The notes below the pieces were generated by a model. It did no database searches. It was not told where the DNA came from and worked only from the letters and a program-made list of their open reading frames with translations. From Felis catus (Eukaryota): DNA of 64,000 nucleotides. Made by a program: the position numbers and the translations under genes. Positions 23,491-36,520 of the stretch are shown here, piece after piece. The stretch lies in the NCBI RefSeq assembly GCF_018350175.1, contig NC_058369.1:24926001-24990000 (forward strand), in the 5' to 3' direction. The first letter of the stretch is position 1. The number at the start of each line of letters is the position of its first letter.

Positions 23491-25152
23491 CTACAGGGTT
23501 AAAAAAAAAAAAGAAAGGAAAATGTCAAGGTTAATTACAGACGACATAACTCCACCACACACTCCTGTCCCAATCCACGCTGGCTGCACACAGTCTGTGG
23601 AATGTAAACAGTGTCCCATCTCTCTCCAGCTGTGTGGAGGTGACCTGGCTCAGGAGCCAGAAAAGGGGAAATGGCAGGGGGACATCAACAAAAGCGGCCT
23701 CTGAGCAGACAGCAAATGGACAGGGTCTGCCCCTTACTCCTCACACCCAATATCTGACAGCTTTTTAATTCAGAAGCTTCCACTCAGAATCATTTCCCCC
23801 AATGCTTCCTGTAGAGAAAAGCTGCCTCAAATTTCCCATCTAATGACCTTGTCAGGCAGTTGTATTTTGATGCTTCTGGTTTCATCTTTTTAAAAACGTT
23901 TTTCCTACCTTGCCTGAAGCCGCTCTCCAAATTTCTTTTATGCAATGGCTTTTCTAAAGCACAAGGAACGTTTGATTTTTCAGTTCACTAAATTAAAAAA
24001 AATTTTGTTTAAGGAATTTCTTCTATTACTAGGCCTTTTAAGAAGCATCTTTGTACCTACAGTATATTTGAAACGCACATATGAATACTTATAAAAACAA
24101 CCAGCAAAAGAAAATGTACAGAGAGAAAACTGCACCATGGGCATCGGTTTTTATAATTCACATAGTCACAAGTTTTGAAAATCACCTCCACATAAAACAT
24201 GCAAAATAAAACTTGCAAATCTGCAAAGTTACCCCAAACCAAGCAGAAGGGTGAGAGGGAGCCTACCCATTTCAGTGACTTTGCAGATGAGAATTACATA
24301 AAAACGACAAGCTGTGAGAAAGAAGGACATGACAGACAAAACATTTTACAAAGACAAAGAGAACAGTTACCCTTGCCTTCCTAAGCTCCATCTGACCTGC
24401 AGTAGATGCCGGACAGCACATGAAGACACCAAATTTTGATGGAAAAAGCCAAACTTGCCAATTGTTGTAGCGAACCTCAACCATTTCCAGAGGGAGCCTC
24501 AAGATGCTCATCTTTCTTTTTCAGCCATTGCTTTCAAAGTTTCGAGGGTTAAACCAGAACTTCAGATTCTCCAGGGCATCCCTGCAGGGTGTTTTGAACA
24601 TAGTAGGTGCTTGGAAAAATCTTGCCTGAATTTGGAATTTTGCCGAGAAACTCTCATGTCATTTTGTGCCTTTGCTGATCTCAGGTATCAGAAGCCCCCT
24701 TGGAAAGAGACCCAACCTTTTGGGCATTTAAGTAGAAAAATAATTAAAAGACCAAAGAAAAAAAAAGTGCAAAATAATTCCACGATGCTGCCAGGATTCA
24801 CTTCATTATTTCTCGAAGCAGTGAAATACTTTTCCAAGACAGAGAATGAATCAGGGCTGCCGGGGACCTCTCCAGCTTTCTGGCATGCTAAGCTGAACAG
24901 ACAGTAGGAAACTCTCTGAACACCGGGGAAGGCTCAGTTCCAAAATGCAAAGGATGAATCTCTCAATATGAGGGAATCACGTTTACTATTGTTTAAGGGC
25001 TGAAGAAAAAGATCCAATAGCCCTTCTGCTTCCAGGTGACAGTGTCCTTCAGGATGCTTCCTGTCCAGGGCCTGGCTTCTGAGCATCTGTGCCCAGAGAA
25101 GGATTTTTAAAATATTTTTTTACGTCACAGCTGCATCATCAGCAAACTAAAT

Positions 25153-25153
<1 letters not shown>

Positions 25154-25195
<42 letters not shown>
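25154..25195. repeat. (CA)n microsatellite
   Basis: About 21 CA units. Confidence 0.98.
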
Positions 25196-25199
<4 letters not shown>

Positions 25200-26787
25200 C
25201 TTGAGCATCCCCTGAATTTCTCTATATAAACTCCTGCTTCGGGCTGGAAATGCCAGAGTTGTGATATCACCACCTTTGGTGGCACAAACTGCATTGCAGC
25301 AAACGAGGAGGTGAGGGATTTCACGGGGCAGCAGGACTTGGTCTCAGATGATCCTGCAGGCACCTCTGAGCCTGGAGACTCATCGCCAGATTTTTAATGG
25401 CTAAAGGTGCTGGATCACAGATTCTGTATCAGAATGGGAAAGCTGAAGGGCAAACGCCAATTGGGTTCTCCCGCTTTAAAAAGGGGCAGGGAGCATTGCA
25501 CGCTTGGCAGGATGGGGGAAGGTTCAGTTCTGTTCCCCTTGCTGTATCATCTTTTCTAAGGTTTTGCTGACTTTGCTGTCCATTTCATATGACCCAGTCG
25601 ATGGGCGTTTCCTACGCAGTTAGGAGATACATGCACACTGCAAATGCCAGCCACTCTGCAGGCTGTATGCCGCGCTGCTACATGAGATTGTAATTAAAAC
25701 TCCTTTCCTAAGGCATTAGCCATTTGGAAGTAAATATCAGGCTGCTCTCTGGCAATCTGACATTCCCGAGTAACGAACGATTGAACCAGAAACTGTTGCT
25801 GCCTGATTTAGGGCTCTGATGTAGCAAAGCAGGCAGGTACAATTTTAAAACCAGAACATTTGCAGGTTATTGGATGTATTGAGGAGGCTTTATGCCTGAC
25901 CCACATGAGCAAAGTATGAATTATGGTTTCTCCTTGAGGGCTTCAGTGAGAATAGGAGATTAAAAAAATTCTTGGCCTAATTTGATTTTTCTTTTCCATT
26001 TACTCAGTATGTCTCCAGCTGCATTTTACTGCTATCTAAAAAGAGCCCTCAGGGAAAATGTTTCCAGATTCTAGGTAAATAGCTCTACTGAAAACCAGCA
26101 AATGCAATTCCAAGGATGCTTTCGGGCTTTACAAAGAGATGACAGAATACAACCTGCAGAGACAACTCAGCTGCCAGACCAAGCTGGGCAAGGTCAGTGC
26201 TAAGCCCAGAAACAAGATATCTGTTTCAAGTGTGGACAGTACCCCCACCATGCAGTTTTAAGACAGAGAAGGAGGGCATCTCACTAAAAAGGTTAAAAAC
26301 AAAACAGAAAAAGGCACTGAGTATTGTGTGTTGGCAGTATTTTCTGAATAAAAAAGTTTGCTTCATTTTTTCTAGGTCTTACAGGGTTTTTTTGTTTGTT
26401 TGTTTTTCTTGTCTTATTGCACCAGCTAGGACCACCTGTATATTATTGATTACAAGCTGAGACAGTGGGTACACTAGGGTAATTCTTGATTCTGATGTGG
26501 TTATTATGAAGATTTCATCATTATGAATTGTGTTTGCTGACAGCATGAGAGAGATACCCTTTATCAAGCAGAAAGAGTTCCATTCTATGCTAAGTTTGCT
26601 GTGAATTTTCATAATGAATGAATACTGACCTTTATCAAATGTTCTCTCTTTATCTTTCCAGAGGACAAGGAAAGGGAAAAAAAGAAGGGAGAGGTGGTGG
26701 GAAGGGAAGGAGACAATGAAGAAAGAAGCATGGAGATCACATATTTTCGTAAATGAATTAGCACAGCAATTTAAAACATCTCTTGTG

Positions 26788-26962
26788 GAGCCAAAGCATC
26801 AGAGACTCTTAAAAACTGAGAACAAACTGAGGGTTGATGGGGGGTGGGAGGGAGGGGAGGGTGGGTGATGGGTATTGAGGAGGGCACCTTTTGGGATGAG
26901 CACTGGGTGTTGTATGAAAACCAATTTGACAATAAACTTCATATATTGAAAAAAAATAAAAT
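26788..26962 (+). mobile_element. 5'-truncated young carnivore/felid LINE-1 3' end
   Basis: agagactcttaaaaactgagaacaaactgaggg, a G-rich tract, aataaa and an A-tail. Perfect 15-bp TSD aaaacatctcttgtg (26773-26787 and 26963-26977) at a TT/AAAA endonuclease site. Confidence 0.92.
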
Positions 26963-27671
26963 AAAACATCTCTTGTGCTTGAAATACAAACAAAGGGAAT
27001 AAAGCACCCAATGACATTTCATTTTTAATGTGAGATTTTATTAAATAGATTTTCATATTCCTTCCCTAGGGAAGACAGGGAAGTCTCCTCATTCTTATCT
27101 CCCAATAGGTAAAAACCAAAGCAGATTATATGCATGTAAGAAAGTGCCTATCATATCAATATGATCCAGCACAACTTTTTATTCCTTCAAAAATGATTCC
27201 ATTCTAATAGACATGGCATATAGCAAACCATCACTCATTCTCCCTGTACTTCATTTTTATAGCTAGGGTAGGGTTGGGGAGCAATAGAAGGGTCTTCCTT
27301 ATCATGTTTGTAGCTGCCCTGAGACTACCTTCACTTAGCCACAAACTCAGCCCAAGAGGGTGAGAAAGGACTGACCACTCTACTGCAGGACAACACTGCT
27401 CTTGCTTGTTCTACACCTGATGAGAATCGACTGTGCTAGCAGATGCTTTCGCCCATAAGTTAATGGACTCAGAAAAGTCTTTCAAATGTTTGAAAATACC
27501 AGGAAAGCCTTAGGCAGGGCTCCATCTGTGTGACAGAAGGTGTGCTGGGAACTGCACACCCAAGGGTCATGTTTAATCCACCCAGTACCCCTCTAGGAGG
27601 CTTTCATCATCCTTACGTTAAACAGGAAGTTATAATTTCAGACTGATTGAGAAGTCCTAGCATTATGAAAT

Positions 27672-27704
<33 letters not shown>
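27672..27704. repeat. (AAC)n microsatellite at the edge of a MIR
   Basis: About 11 AAC units followed by MIR-like sequence. Confidence 0.95.
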
Positions 27705-27705
<1 letters not shown>

Positions 27706-27894
27706 GTCTCATATTTATTGCAGGGACTCCCCTTAATGCTTTATAGATATCTACTAGTTTATTCCTCCTAACAGCCCTGAAAGGTAGCTACTATTATGAG
27801 GCAAAAGATGAGCAATGTGCTTAAAGTCACTGAAAAAAGGTGGCCAGGTTTTAAACCTAGCAGGCTGGCTTCAGAGCCAATGCCTTACAGCTTG

Positions 27895-28185
27895 GTATAA
27901 GGGGCCAGATGGTAAATATTTTAGGCTTTGTGGGCATCTAGCCTCTGTCATGATTACTCATCTCTGCCATCAGTCTTAAACAGTATGTAAATAAATGAAT
28001 GTGACTATGTTTCTTTAAACCTTTATTTAGAGATTAAAATTTGAATTCCATATAGTTTTTACATGTCACAAAATATTATTCTTTTGCTTTTTTCAACCAT
28101 TAAAAATAGAAGCCATTCTTTTCTAAGGAAGACCAGAGGAAGTAGGCTATATCTGGCTTGTGGGCCACAGTTTGCAGACCACTGC
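27895..28185. mobile_element. MER58-like hAT-Charlie element
   Basis: ggggccagatggtaaatattttaggctttgtggg ... gggccacagtttgcagaccactg. Confidence 0.78.
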
Positions 28186-28695
28186 TCAACACAACTTCTG
28201 GTTCCTGGGTCAGTGGTCCTTAGCCTCAGCTTTTCTACTGTAACATGCCCAAGGACTCCCAGGTACAGCAGCCTCCCAAGGCACACTTAGATAATCATCA
28301 AGCTCTGGAGAGGGCACAGGCTTGATTTGTATTCTTTCTGTAGCTAGCTAAGCAGGGTCCTCCCCTGGTAAGCACGAGATATATCTGACTTATCTTTTAT
28401 GTGAGTAAACCCTATCCCACTACATTTTATTGTCTTAACTTTCCAAATAAATCAGCCCAAACATGACACAAACTTTCCCTGACCATTGATGGTTACAAAT
28501 AAGGGACAAATAAAATGATAGGATGCCTGGGATCTGCTTCACAGTAACACAGGGATAGAGAGTGGGGTTGTGTAGGAAACAAAGCTGATCACAGGTTGGT
28601 AATTGTCAAAGCTGGGGGCTGGGCACGGGGGACGCAGTATGCAGTCCTGCCTGTGGTACGCAGTAAAAATGCTAGATGATACAAAGGCTTATTTT

Positions 28696-28917
28696 TTTTT
28701 TTTAATTTTTTTTTCAACGTTTATTTATTTTTGGGACAGAGAGAGACAGAGCATGAACGGGGGAGGGGCAGAGAGAAAGGGAGACACAGAATCGGAAACA
28801 GGCTCCAGGCTCTGAGCCATCAGCCCAGAGCCCGACGCGGGGCTCGAACTCAGGGACCGCGAGATCGTGACCTGGCTGAAGTTGGACGCTTAACTGACTG
28901 CGCCACCCAGGCGCCCC
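28696..28917 (-). mobile_element. Young felid SINE (SINEC_Fc-type)
   Basis: CpG-rich body nearly identical to 11531-11752. Perfect TSD tacaaaggcttatttt at 28680-28695 and 28918-28933. Confidence 0.96.
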
Positions 28918-30020
28918 TACAAAGGCTTATTTTAATGGACAGAGAACCATTTTGCAAATGTATCAGTGAGCAGACAGATGCCATCAAAGATCTGTACTTC
29001 AGACGTTAGTGAGGGCCTAGTGACAAAGGATACTGAAAGAGTCAGATGCTAGACATTATCTAAAATTGAACATAATTAGAAGAAACTTGGTAAAATGAAA
29101 AAAAAAATCCCACTACTGAATTTCAGTAATTTTCAACTAACATAGGCCATAATAGGGAAGGGTCCATGTAGCTGGGAATTCAAAGGCTGAGAGAGCTACC
29201 TTGAAACATTCAAACTTAAAGATGAGCAAACTGATGGGGAGGCACCGACCCAGCCACCAGACTCCCTGAAGTCTGCTTTATGCTACTGACTGGTGTTTTA
29301 TTTGCTCTCATTGAGAAAGCTATCAACAGGCTGCCAATCGCCAGACTCCATGACATAAAACATTCTGGTAGAGTTCAAATCAGATGTAGAAACATACAGA
29401 GAAAATAGGAGCCTTTCAAGGTTGGACTGCCCAGGGAGGGGAGACCTCTGTTCTGTTGGATTTATTTTAATCTGTGAGTATGCTTTCCTTTTCCCAATTC
29501 TGCCTCCCAATGTATATTTTTCTCTCCATTTCTACAACAGCACCATCTTCTACTAAGAAGGCAAAGACCTCCCATCCTTGTTAGATCCTCCCTCCTACTC
29601 TGCCTCTCTCCAGCCAAATAAATGTAAACTCATGACTACCTGACTGCTTGACTTTACCACCCCCATCCTTAGGACCAAAGGCTGGCTCATGCTGTCTTAT
29701 GGTGTATGCCCAAGATTCTCACCCTTCAAAACTTCTAAGCCACCACAAATATTATGGTGTTCTCACTTATTTTGACACCTCCTATTGCCAAGGCCTCCCC
29801 ACCCTTTCAGGGTTTCTCACTGACTTGCTGGCCAATTCTTTTACTCTTGCCTGTGCCCCCTCCAAGTCCTAGCTTTCCTTCAGGTGGCTCCACTCCTCCC
29901 CTTTGGGGGACCAGACAGCCTGCGTTGTACCTTGTCCCTCAAAACAAGATATTCCTGCAGGCTCTCCTTCTAGATAATGTTTTTCTAACTAAATGATTGA
30001 AAATGAACCACATTAAAAAA

Positions 30021-30067
<47 letters not shown>

Positions 30068-30078
30068 CATCTATCTAT
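30021..30078. repeat. (ATCT)n tetranucleotide microsatellite
   Basis: About 14 ATCT units, one of them variant. Confidence 0.97.
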
Positions 30079-30639
30079 GTCTGGCTATCATACATTCTAG
30101 CTGCGTGACCTTGAGCAAGTTACCTACCCACAGTTTCTTCAACTGAAGAATAAGGAAAGAATTCTCCTATAATGCAGTAGTGAGAATTGTGGGTAAGAGC
30201 TATCATTTAATTCTGTAAGAGCTTATAATCTGTGTCAGGTTTACATGGATTTGCTCATGGCATCTTCAGAACATCCAGTGAGAGAACTAATACCATTATT
30301 CTCATTTTATAGATGAGTAAGCTGAGGTTCCATGAGCATAAGTACTTACACAGGTCACCTATCTCAGGTGGCAGAGGCAAGATGTGGATCCTATCTCAGA
30401 CCACACACCTCAGCTACACTATTCCAAAAAGCTACAATATTCCAATAGCTACACTATTCCAAAAGACAATGATAATGAGTGCAAAGCACAGTGTCTTGTG
30501 AAAAGCAAGCTTTCCATGAACACAGCCTAAAATCGAACTCACAAATTGGTATGTTTTTACTAGATTATTTCTCCTCCCCTTCCCCCTTGCCACTAAGAAC
30601 AGGTGAATTTATCTAATCACCCAGTGTATGCATTCTCTT

Positions 30640-31720
30640 TTAAAGAAACTGATCTTGAAATAATTTTAGATTTATAGAAGAGTTGCAAGAATAGTACAGA
30701 ATGTTCCGTGTACTCTGTACACCCCCCCCCTTACCTGAAGTTAACATCTTACATACCCATGGCACATATATCCAATCTAAGATGTTAACACTGTTACAAT
30801 AATATTAACTAAACTATTAAAGGATTTACTAGAATTTCATCAGCCTTCCCACTAATGCCATTTTTCTGTTTCAGGATCCAGTCCAGAATCTCACATTTAT
30901 ACTTCACTGTCATATATCTACAGTTTCCTCTAATCTGTGACAGTTCCTTGGTCTGTCTTTCATGACATTGACACTTTTGAAGAGTACTGGTCAATTATTT
31001 TGCTAAATATCTCTCAGTTTAGATCTGTCTGATGTTTTCTCACGATTAAATTAAGATTATGCATTTTTGGCAAGAACACCTCAGAAGTGATGTGTCCTTT
31101 TTGGTACATTATATCAGGGTAACATTATCTTATTGCTGGTGATGGTAACCTTGACCATTTGGCTAAGGTGGTGTCATTGCTTGAACTGTATACCCCTAAA
31201 AAATATGTGGACGTTCTACCCCCAAACCTGTGGAGGTGACCTTATTTGGAAATAGGAACTTTGCAGATATAATCAGTTAGGATGACTTCATACTAGATTA
31301 GAGTATGTCCTAAATCCAATCACTGGTGTCCTTCTAGAAGGGAAATTTAAAGACATAAAAGGAGAAGGCAATGTAACGATGGAGGCAGCAACTAGAGTGA
31401 TGTACCTATAAGCCAAAGCACACCAAGGACTGACAGCAAATACCAGAAGCTAGGAAGAGGCAAGAAAGGATTCCCCTGCAGGTTTCAGAGGGACCATGGC
31501 CCTGCCAATACCTTGATTTCAGGCTTCTGGTCTCCAGAACAGTGAGAAATAATTTTGTTGTTCTAAGCCACCCAGCTAGTGGCACTTTGTTGCAGATGCC
31601 CTAGGAAACTAATACAGGTGTTGTCTGCCGGATTTCTCCCAGTAAAGTTACTATTCCCTTTGTAATTAATACATACTGTTGGAAGAGATACATTGTGACT
31701 ACACGCATCCTTTTAAATCT
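30640..31720 (-). mobile_element. L1MC-like fragment split by an LTR insertion
   Basis: ttgaaataattttagatttatagaagagttgcaag... The host sequence ...ggctaaggtgg | tgtctgcc... resumes after the LTR. Confidence 0.7.
31172..31616 (+). mobile_element. MaLR solo LTR (MLT1B/C-like)
   Basis: TG...CA termini (tgtcattg ... ggaaactaataca) with a 5-bp TSD ggtgg/ggtgt. Internal motifs gtgaccttatttggaaatagg and ccagaagctaggaagaggcaag. Confidence 0.85.
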
Positions 31721-34700
31721 AACTCTGTGACTGCTTACCCAGCATTTGCAAAATTGGCCTCACTGAAGTGTACATGTGTCACCCTTGGTGGGGGTGGGGG
31801 GGAGATGTTTCCTGGCTCAACAGGGAGAACCAGAAGGCTGATCCAGGCAAAGTACCCAAGAGAGTCAATGTTGGCTGGGGCGGGCAAAGAGAGGGGCAGA
31901 TGATCAGCAGGCAGGGCACAGTGGACCACAGGGCCATGCAGGGCGCGGAGGCAGCAACGAGGAGGCCTTCAGAGAGCTGTTTGAGCAGGAGGACCAGGGC
32001 TATTAGGAACATAAAAGGGAGCTTCTTTGGAGTCTGCAACTGACTCTTCATCTTTTTTTTTTTTTTTTTTTTTTTTTGAAATAGAAAAAGGCAATAATGA
32101 AATTATGGTTTCAACTCCAAAATTTCCATTAATTTTTTTTTCTCTGCTCTTTTCCCTGGCACAGAGCTAATTGACCTGGTGTCATCTGTTACCAGAAGTT
32201 GAAAGGCAAATAATGAGGCCCAAATTCCAACGGAAACCTGGCTTCATTGATTAGGCCAAATGCATTTCAAAATTATTGGTTTTCTAACCCACAAGGTGAG
32301 CAAAAGGTCTTCACACTCAGAACTACAATTTTCCTTTAGAGATTTTTATCAGTGGTTTCAACAAAAGGGCTACAGACTTTGTGGACTTTGACAAACCACC
32401 AGGAACAGCGCCCTGAAGGGGTCCTTGATACTTTGTCTCAGCTAATCTCAAAGATGGGGGCCACACCCTGGTGTTTATTCTCTCCTGCAGTCTTGTTGCC
32501 CTGCCCTGTGCATCCAAGGGAAATCTGATTTCCTCTTTGATGAAATGGCCCAACTTTCTCCATATCAGATGCTTTAAGAAAAACATCTTAATTTCTTTCA
32601 AAAAAAAAAAAAAGTTGTGTGGGTTTTGTTCACTTATTTTTATTTTTGTTTTTGTATTTTTGCTTGCTAAGGAAGAGTCAGGAAAGTCTGGATAAATAAA
32701 CCAGACCACTCTGAGTTAGTTGGGTCTCATGGCCAAGCTGCAGACAGGGTATTGGATTTGCTATGTTGTGATTCCAACAATTTCTCCAGCCTCCTCTCAT
32801 GGAAATGCTAACCAGCAGATGACGGAGATGTCACAAGATGGTCTATGCAAATCCACAAATTAAACCATCAGCTCTCGGGGCCATAAAACTGAACACACGA
32901 AGCTTGGAGAGATTCTATTTATTCTCTGAACATCAAGTCTTCTCTGCCCACGCCAGTTAGCACCTACGGCATCTGGCCAAAGTCTGCCTGTGAGGTGGTT
33001 GCTTTTGGGAAGCCTTGATGAAGGGGGAGGCATCAGGAGGCCATGTGACTAAGCTGAAACAATGCTGGCATGAGCCTCTGAAAGCCTGCTCCATCCCTCC
33101 TCCAAACACAGTCTCCCATAAAAAGCAAATAAAAAATGAGCATAGAAAGAAATCGCACTTTATGATAACTTCTGTGGTCAGCCCGGCTTCGTTTCCTCCA
33201 GGCCTCCCTGCTTCCTTCAAGTCTACAACACATGCTGGCAAAATGCTGTAGTTCCCTAATGTGCGCATAAACTAAAATGACCAAGGGAAGGGGTGGTGCG
33301 GGGTGAGGGAGATGGATTTCAGCCAGCAGAAGCAATTAATTTTACTACAAACTCTGAGAGGGCTAATGTTCAGGGCAAACCATTTTGTTTCTGAGGGCAG
33401 ACCTCAAGCAACTTATTATCTTTACCCTTCTGGTTACCATGGAATCTGTGCCCCTGCATTGGAGAATAACTGGCCCTGCTTGTCTGCCTCGGGGAAATTC
33501 ATTTCTGCTGAATGACGGTGATGGGATGAAAAAAAGAAATGAACCTTGGGCAATAATTCAGTAAAATATGGGACTCTGAGAGCTGAAGCGGGCGGCAGCC
33601 TAGGTTACGAACGTAATCTCTTAGCAGTGCCAGTAAAATAAAACAGAACCACTGTTTCAGACACTGTATTTTTGGCAAACGTTTCACTCCTCAATTACTT
33701 TCAAAGATATTCGTTTCAGTCAACATTATAAGGGTAAGTCAACATTTGTCCTGGCAGCAAGCCCAAATTTGTTATTTTATTAGTCTGCTACTGGTTAAAT
33801 TGGCCCAAGATTAAACACATCTAATAAATAGCCCTAAAATATTGGAGTTTAGTAGAAGACCACATTCAAATTCTCTTACACAGGATGTTACTATTAACCT
33901 TGGGCAGAGGAGAAATGCACACCCACACCCCAGTTAAGTTCCTTTTAGCAAACGCCAACCCATCGCCTGAAACTCATTTTGGTCATGCCCAGACATGGCA
34001 CTATGGACCTTCAGAGAAAGAGGAAGCCAAATATTTAGCTCTCTCTGCGGTCCCTGATTCCACATCTGCCTTCCGAACGTCAAGCAAAACTTTTACTTTC
34101 TTGAGGCAGACCAAGCCAGATGCTCAAGGCTGAAGCACTTCAAGAGTTTGGCCTCCTGAAAAAGGATAAGGGCTGCCAACAGAGTCACGCCTCTGTGGCC
34201 CTTAAGGGAAGGCCAGCTTTGGGCCCAGAAGGTATTTTCTCACGGTTAGATTCAGGTTATGCATTTTTGGCAAGAATGCCACAGAAGTGATGTGCCCATC
34301 ATGCCCGCCCATCCATAGGTCTAGAAAATGGGGTCAAAGCACACATCCCTGGTTGCAGAATGTCAACAAGGCACCTGGAAGTGGCAGTGGTGGCCTAATC
34401 ACAGCCACAGGGCCCAGAGGAAGGCCTCTGTGATTCTGGGGTTTCACATTCAGTCATTTCCTACTGACTTCTTGGAAACCCTTGGGTGGGATACAAATTC
34501 TGCGTTTGTTGATCTCTATGAAAGGGATTCCCTGGCTTCCCCTTGGGCTGAGTTAGAGGGGAGGTGGAAAAGAATGCCACTGGGGATTTCAACCCTGCTT
34601 CAGGGTTTGGGAGCTGCTGTGTATAGGCTTCAAGAATACTTTAAGGATATTTGCAGAGGCTTCCCCAGAGTTTAGGAATAAGCTGCAGACTCTGCAGCAA

Positions 34701-36444
34701 GTCACAAAGTTCTTATCACTCTGGCCCAAAGAATGTGCTGATTCTTTGCAAAGGATCTAAGGATATAATATAAGCCAACCTTTCTGGCCAGAGCACAATG
34801 TCCTATTACCTCAGATCAACAATGTTACCTCCACGGGCTTAGTCTCCTTCTCTGTGTAGTTGGTGGGGGGGGGGGGGGGTGATTCGGTGAGTCTCCTGCC
34901 CCCTCACAGGGTTTTTGGGAAGATGATATGAGATCATGTAGGTAATGTGCTTGGTACAAGCCTGCCCCATAAGTTGCTCCCTGTAAATTTCTGATGCCCA
35001 AGGAGAGGTGTGGTCCCTTCCCCAGCCTGCTCTCCTGCCTTCATCCATCCCTGCAGCACTAGATTTTACCCTGGGCCTCCCAAGGATGAAGCTGGAGCTC
35101 CGTGTTACCTGCCACACCACAATCTCACTAATGACATGTTCCTGCCACTACACCTCAGGCTGCTATGAGACCACATATTTTGATTCCACATTCCTGACCT
35201 CCCTTTCTTCCTGCAGCTTTATCATCTGTTTAGTCAAGCTCTGGCTGGATAGAGCAAAACTGGGAGTGGTTTGGCAAGATCCAAGGCTATGTAGGATGAG
35301 AGGAAAATAGCCATGAAATCCCAAGATAAGAACCTGAGTGAGTTGGGGAAGGGAGTCCAGGTGGGTCTTGAGGTCTACACCAAAACCCTCCTTCTTACCC
35401 AACATTGCTAAATTACGGGCTAGAAGAGCTGTGCTCCAATCTTGCCAGATCCCACTACTATGTGGGATTAGGCATTGATAGAAACTCTGAGCATTCAACC
35501 CATGTCAGGTGAGCAAGGTGGAATTTCTTCCCAAGATAACATGTTACCTTTGGCTTCCAGAAAGAACCATATAGACCCACTGGCACATCCTCCCATCCAC
35601 CTCTTATCCTTTGAAGCTCAGAACTATCTTTACTTCCCAGAAATGGAAAAAGAAGTACAGAAATAAAAAAAAAAAAAAAGGATGCTCAGATCTTAATCTT
35701 GATGTCCCAAAGGAAGGACAGATTGTTCCAGCCAAATCTGGGATGATCAAGTACGTCTCAGGCAAGCAAAGCTGACAACCAGGTCTGCCATCTGACTAAA
35801 GACTAGGCTGGGACCAGGGATATACCTGCTGGGTAAAACCTACAGGGACATCTGACCAAGGGCACGGGGTGTGCAGGATGAGAACACGGACCCCCTCTCT
35901 TGGGGCCCAGTCAGCTTCTGTTTTTGACAAGAACGATATCTGAGCGGACGAGACTTGCAGAAATGTGGCCTCCAGAGAGAAACAGAGAATACATTTGCCA
36001 CACTCCCTGGTAACCCCCAGCTCTCCCTTCTAGCACAATTTATCCCTTCAAATCACTGGGTTCACGTTCATCCTCAGCAGCACATGCCTCCTGTTAGAAC
36101 CAGGGAAGGTTGCACTTGGGGGTTTTAGAACAGTCTACTCTCAACTGAGAACAGAATACACTGAAATCTGATTATTCAAAATGGAAAAAAACTACCAGTG
36201 GCAGAGCCACAAGGGGCTGACTGAATTGGGAATAAAATAAAAAAATTTTAAGCTTTCCTGTTTTCAGCTTTCAGCGACATCTTACCACCCACTGAGCAAC
36301 GGTATGTAGAAAAATGAGGTACAGAGCATGCTGTTCAGGAAGCTGTGAGGTAGGTGATCTATAATGGATTCATATGGCCTTTCTGTTGCCCCCACACACT
36401 CCAACTGGGCAGATGAATAGCTTCAAAATGTTATCCCTTGGGAG

Positions 36445-36520
36445 ATGTGTGTTTGTGTGTGTGTGTGTGCATGCACACGTGCACACGCATGCACGCACAT
36501 GCACATGTGCGCGCACACAC
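36445..36520. repeat. Compound alternating purine-pyrimidine tract (TG)n...(CA)n
   Basis: tgtgtgtgtgtgtgtgcatgcacacgtgcacacgcatgcacgcacatgcacatgtgcgcgcacacaca. Confidence 0.9.

Noticed and set aside
24455..24907. 150-aa plus-strand ORF, and similar ones at 17354-17851 and 41567-42052
   Set aside because: No recognisable domain or exon structure, and lengths are compatible with chance in 64 kb. The 17354 ORF partly overlaps old L1 sequence.
26788..26800. Apparent untemplated bases at the L1 5' junction (gagccaaagcatc)
   Set aside because: They resemble the L1 sequence I recall immediately upstream of agagactctt, so they are probably diverged L1.
30412..30464. Short direct repeats as a CRISPR-like array
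   Set aside because: There are no spacers, only three adjacent units, in a mammalian context with no cas genes.
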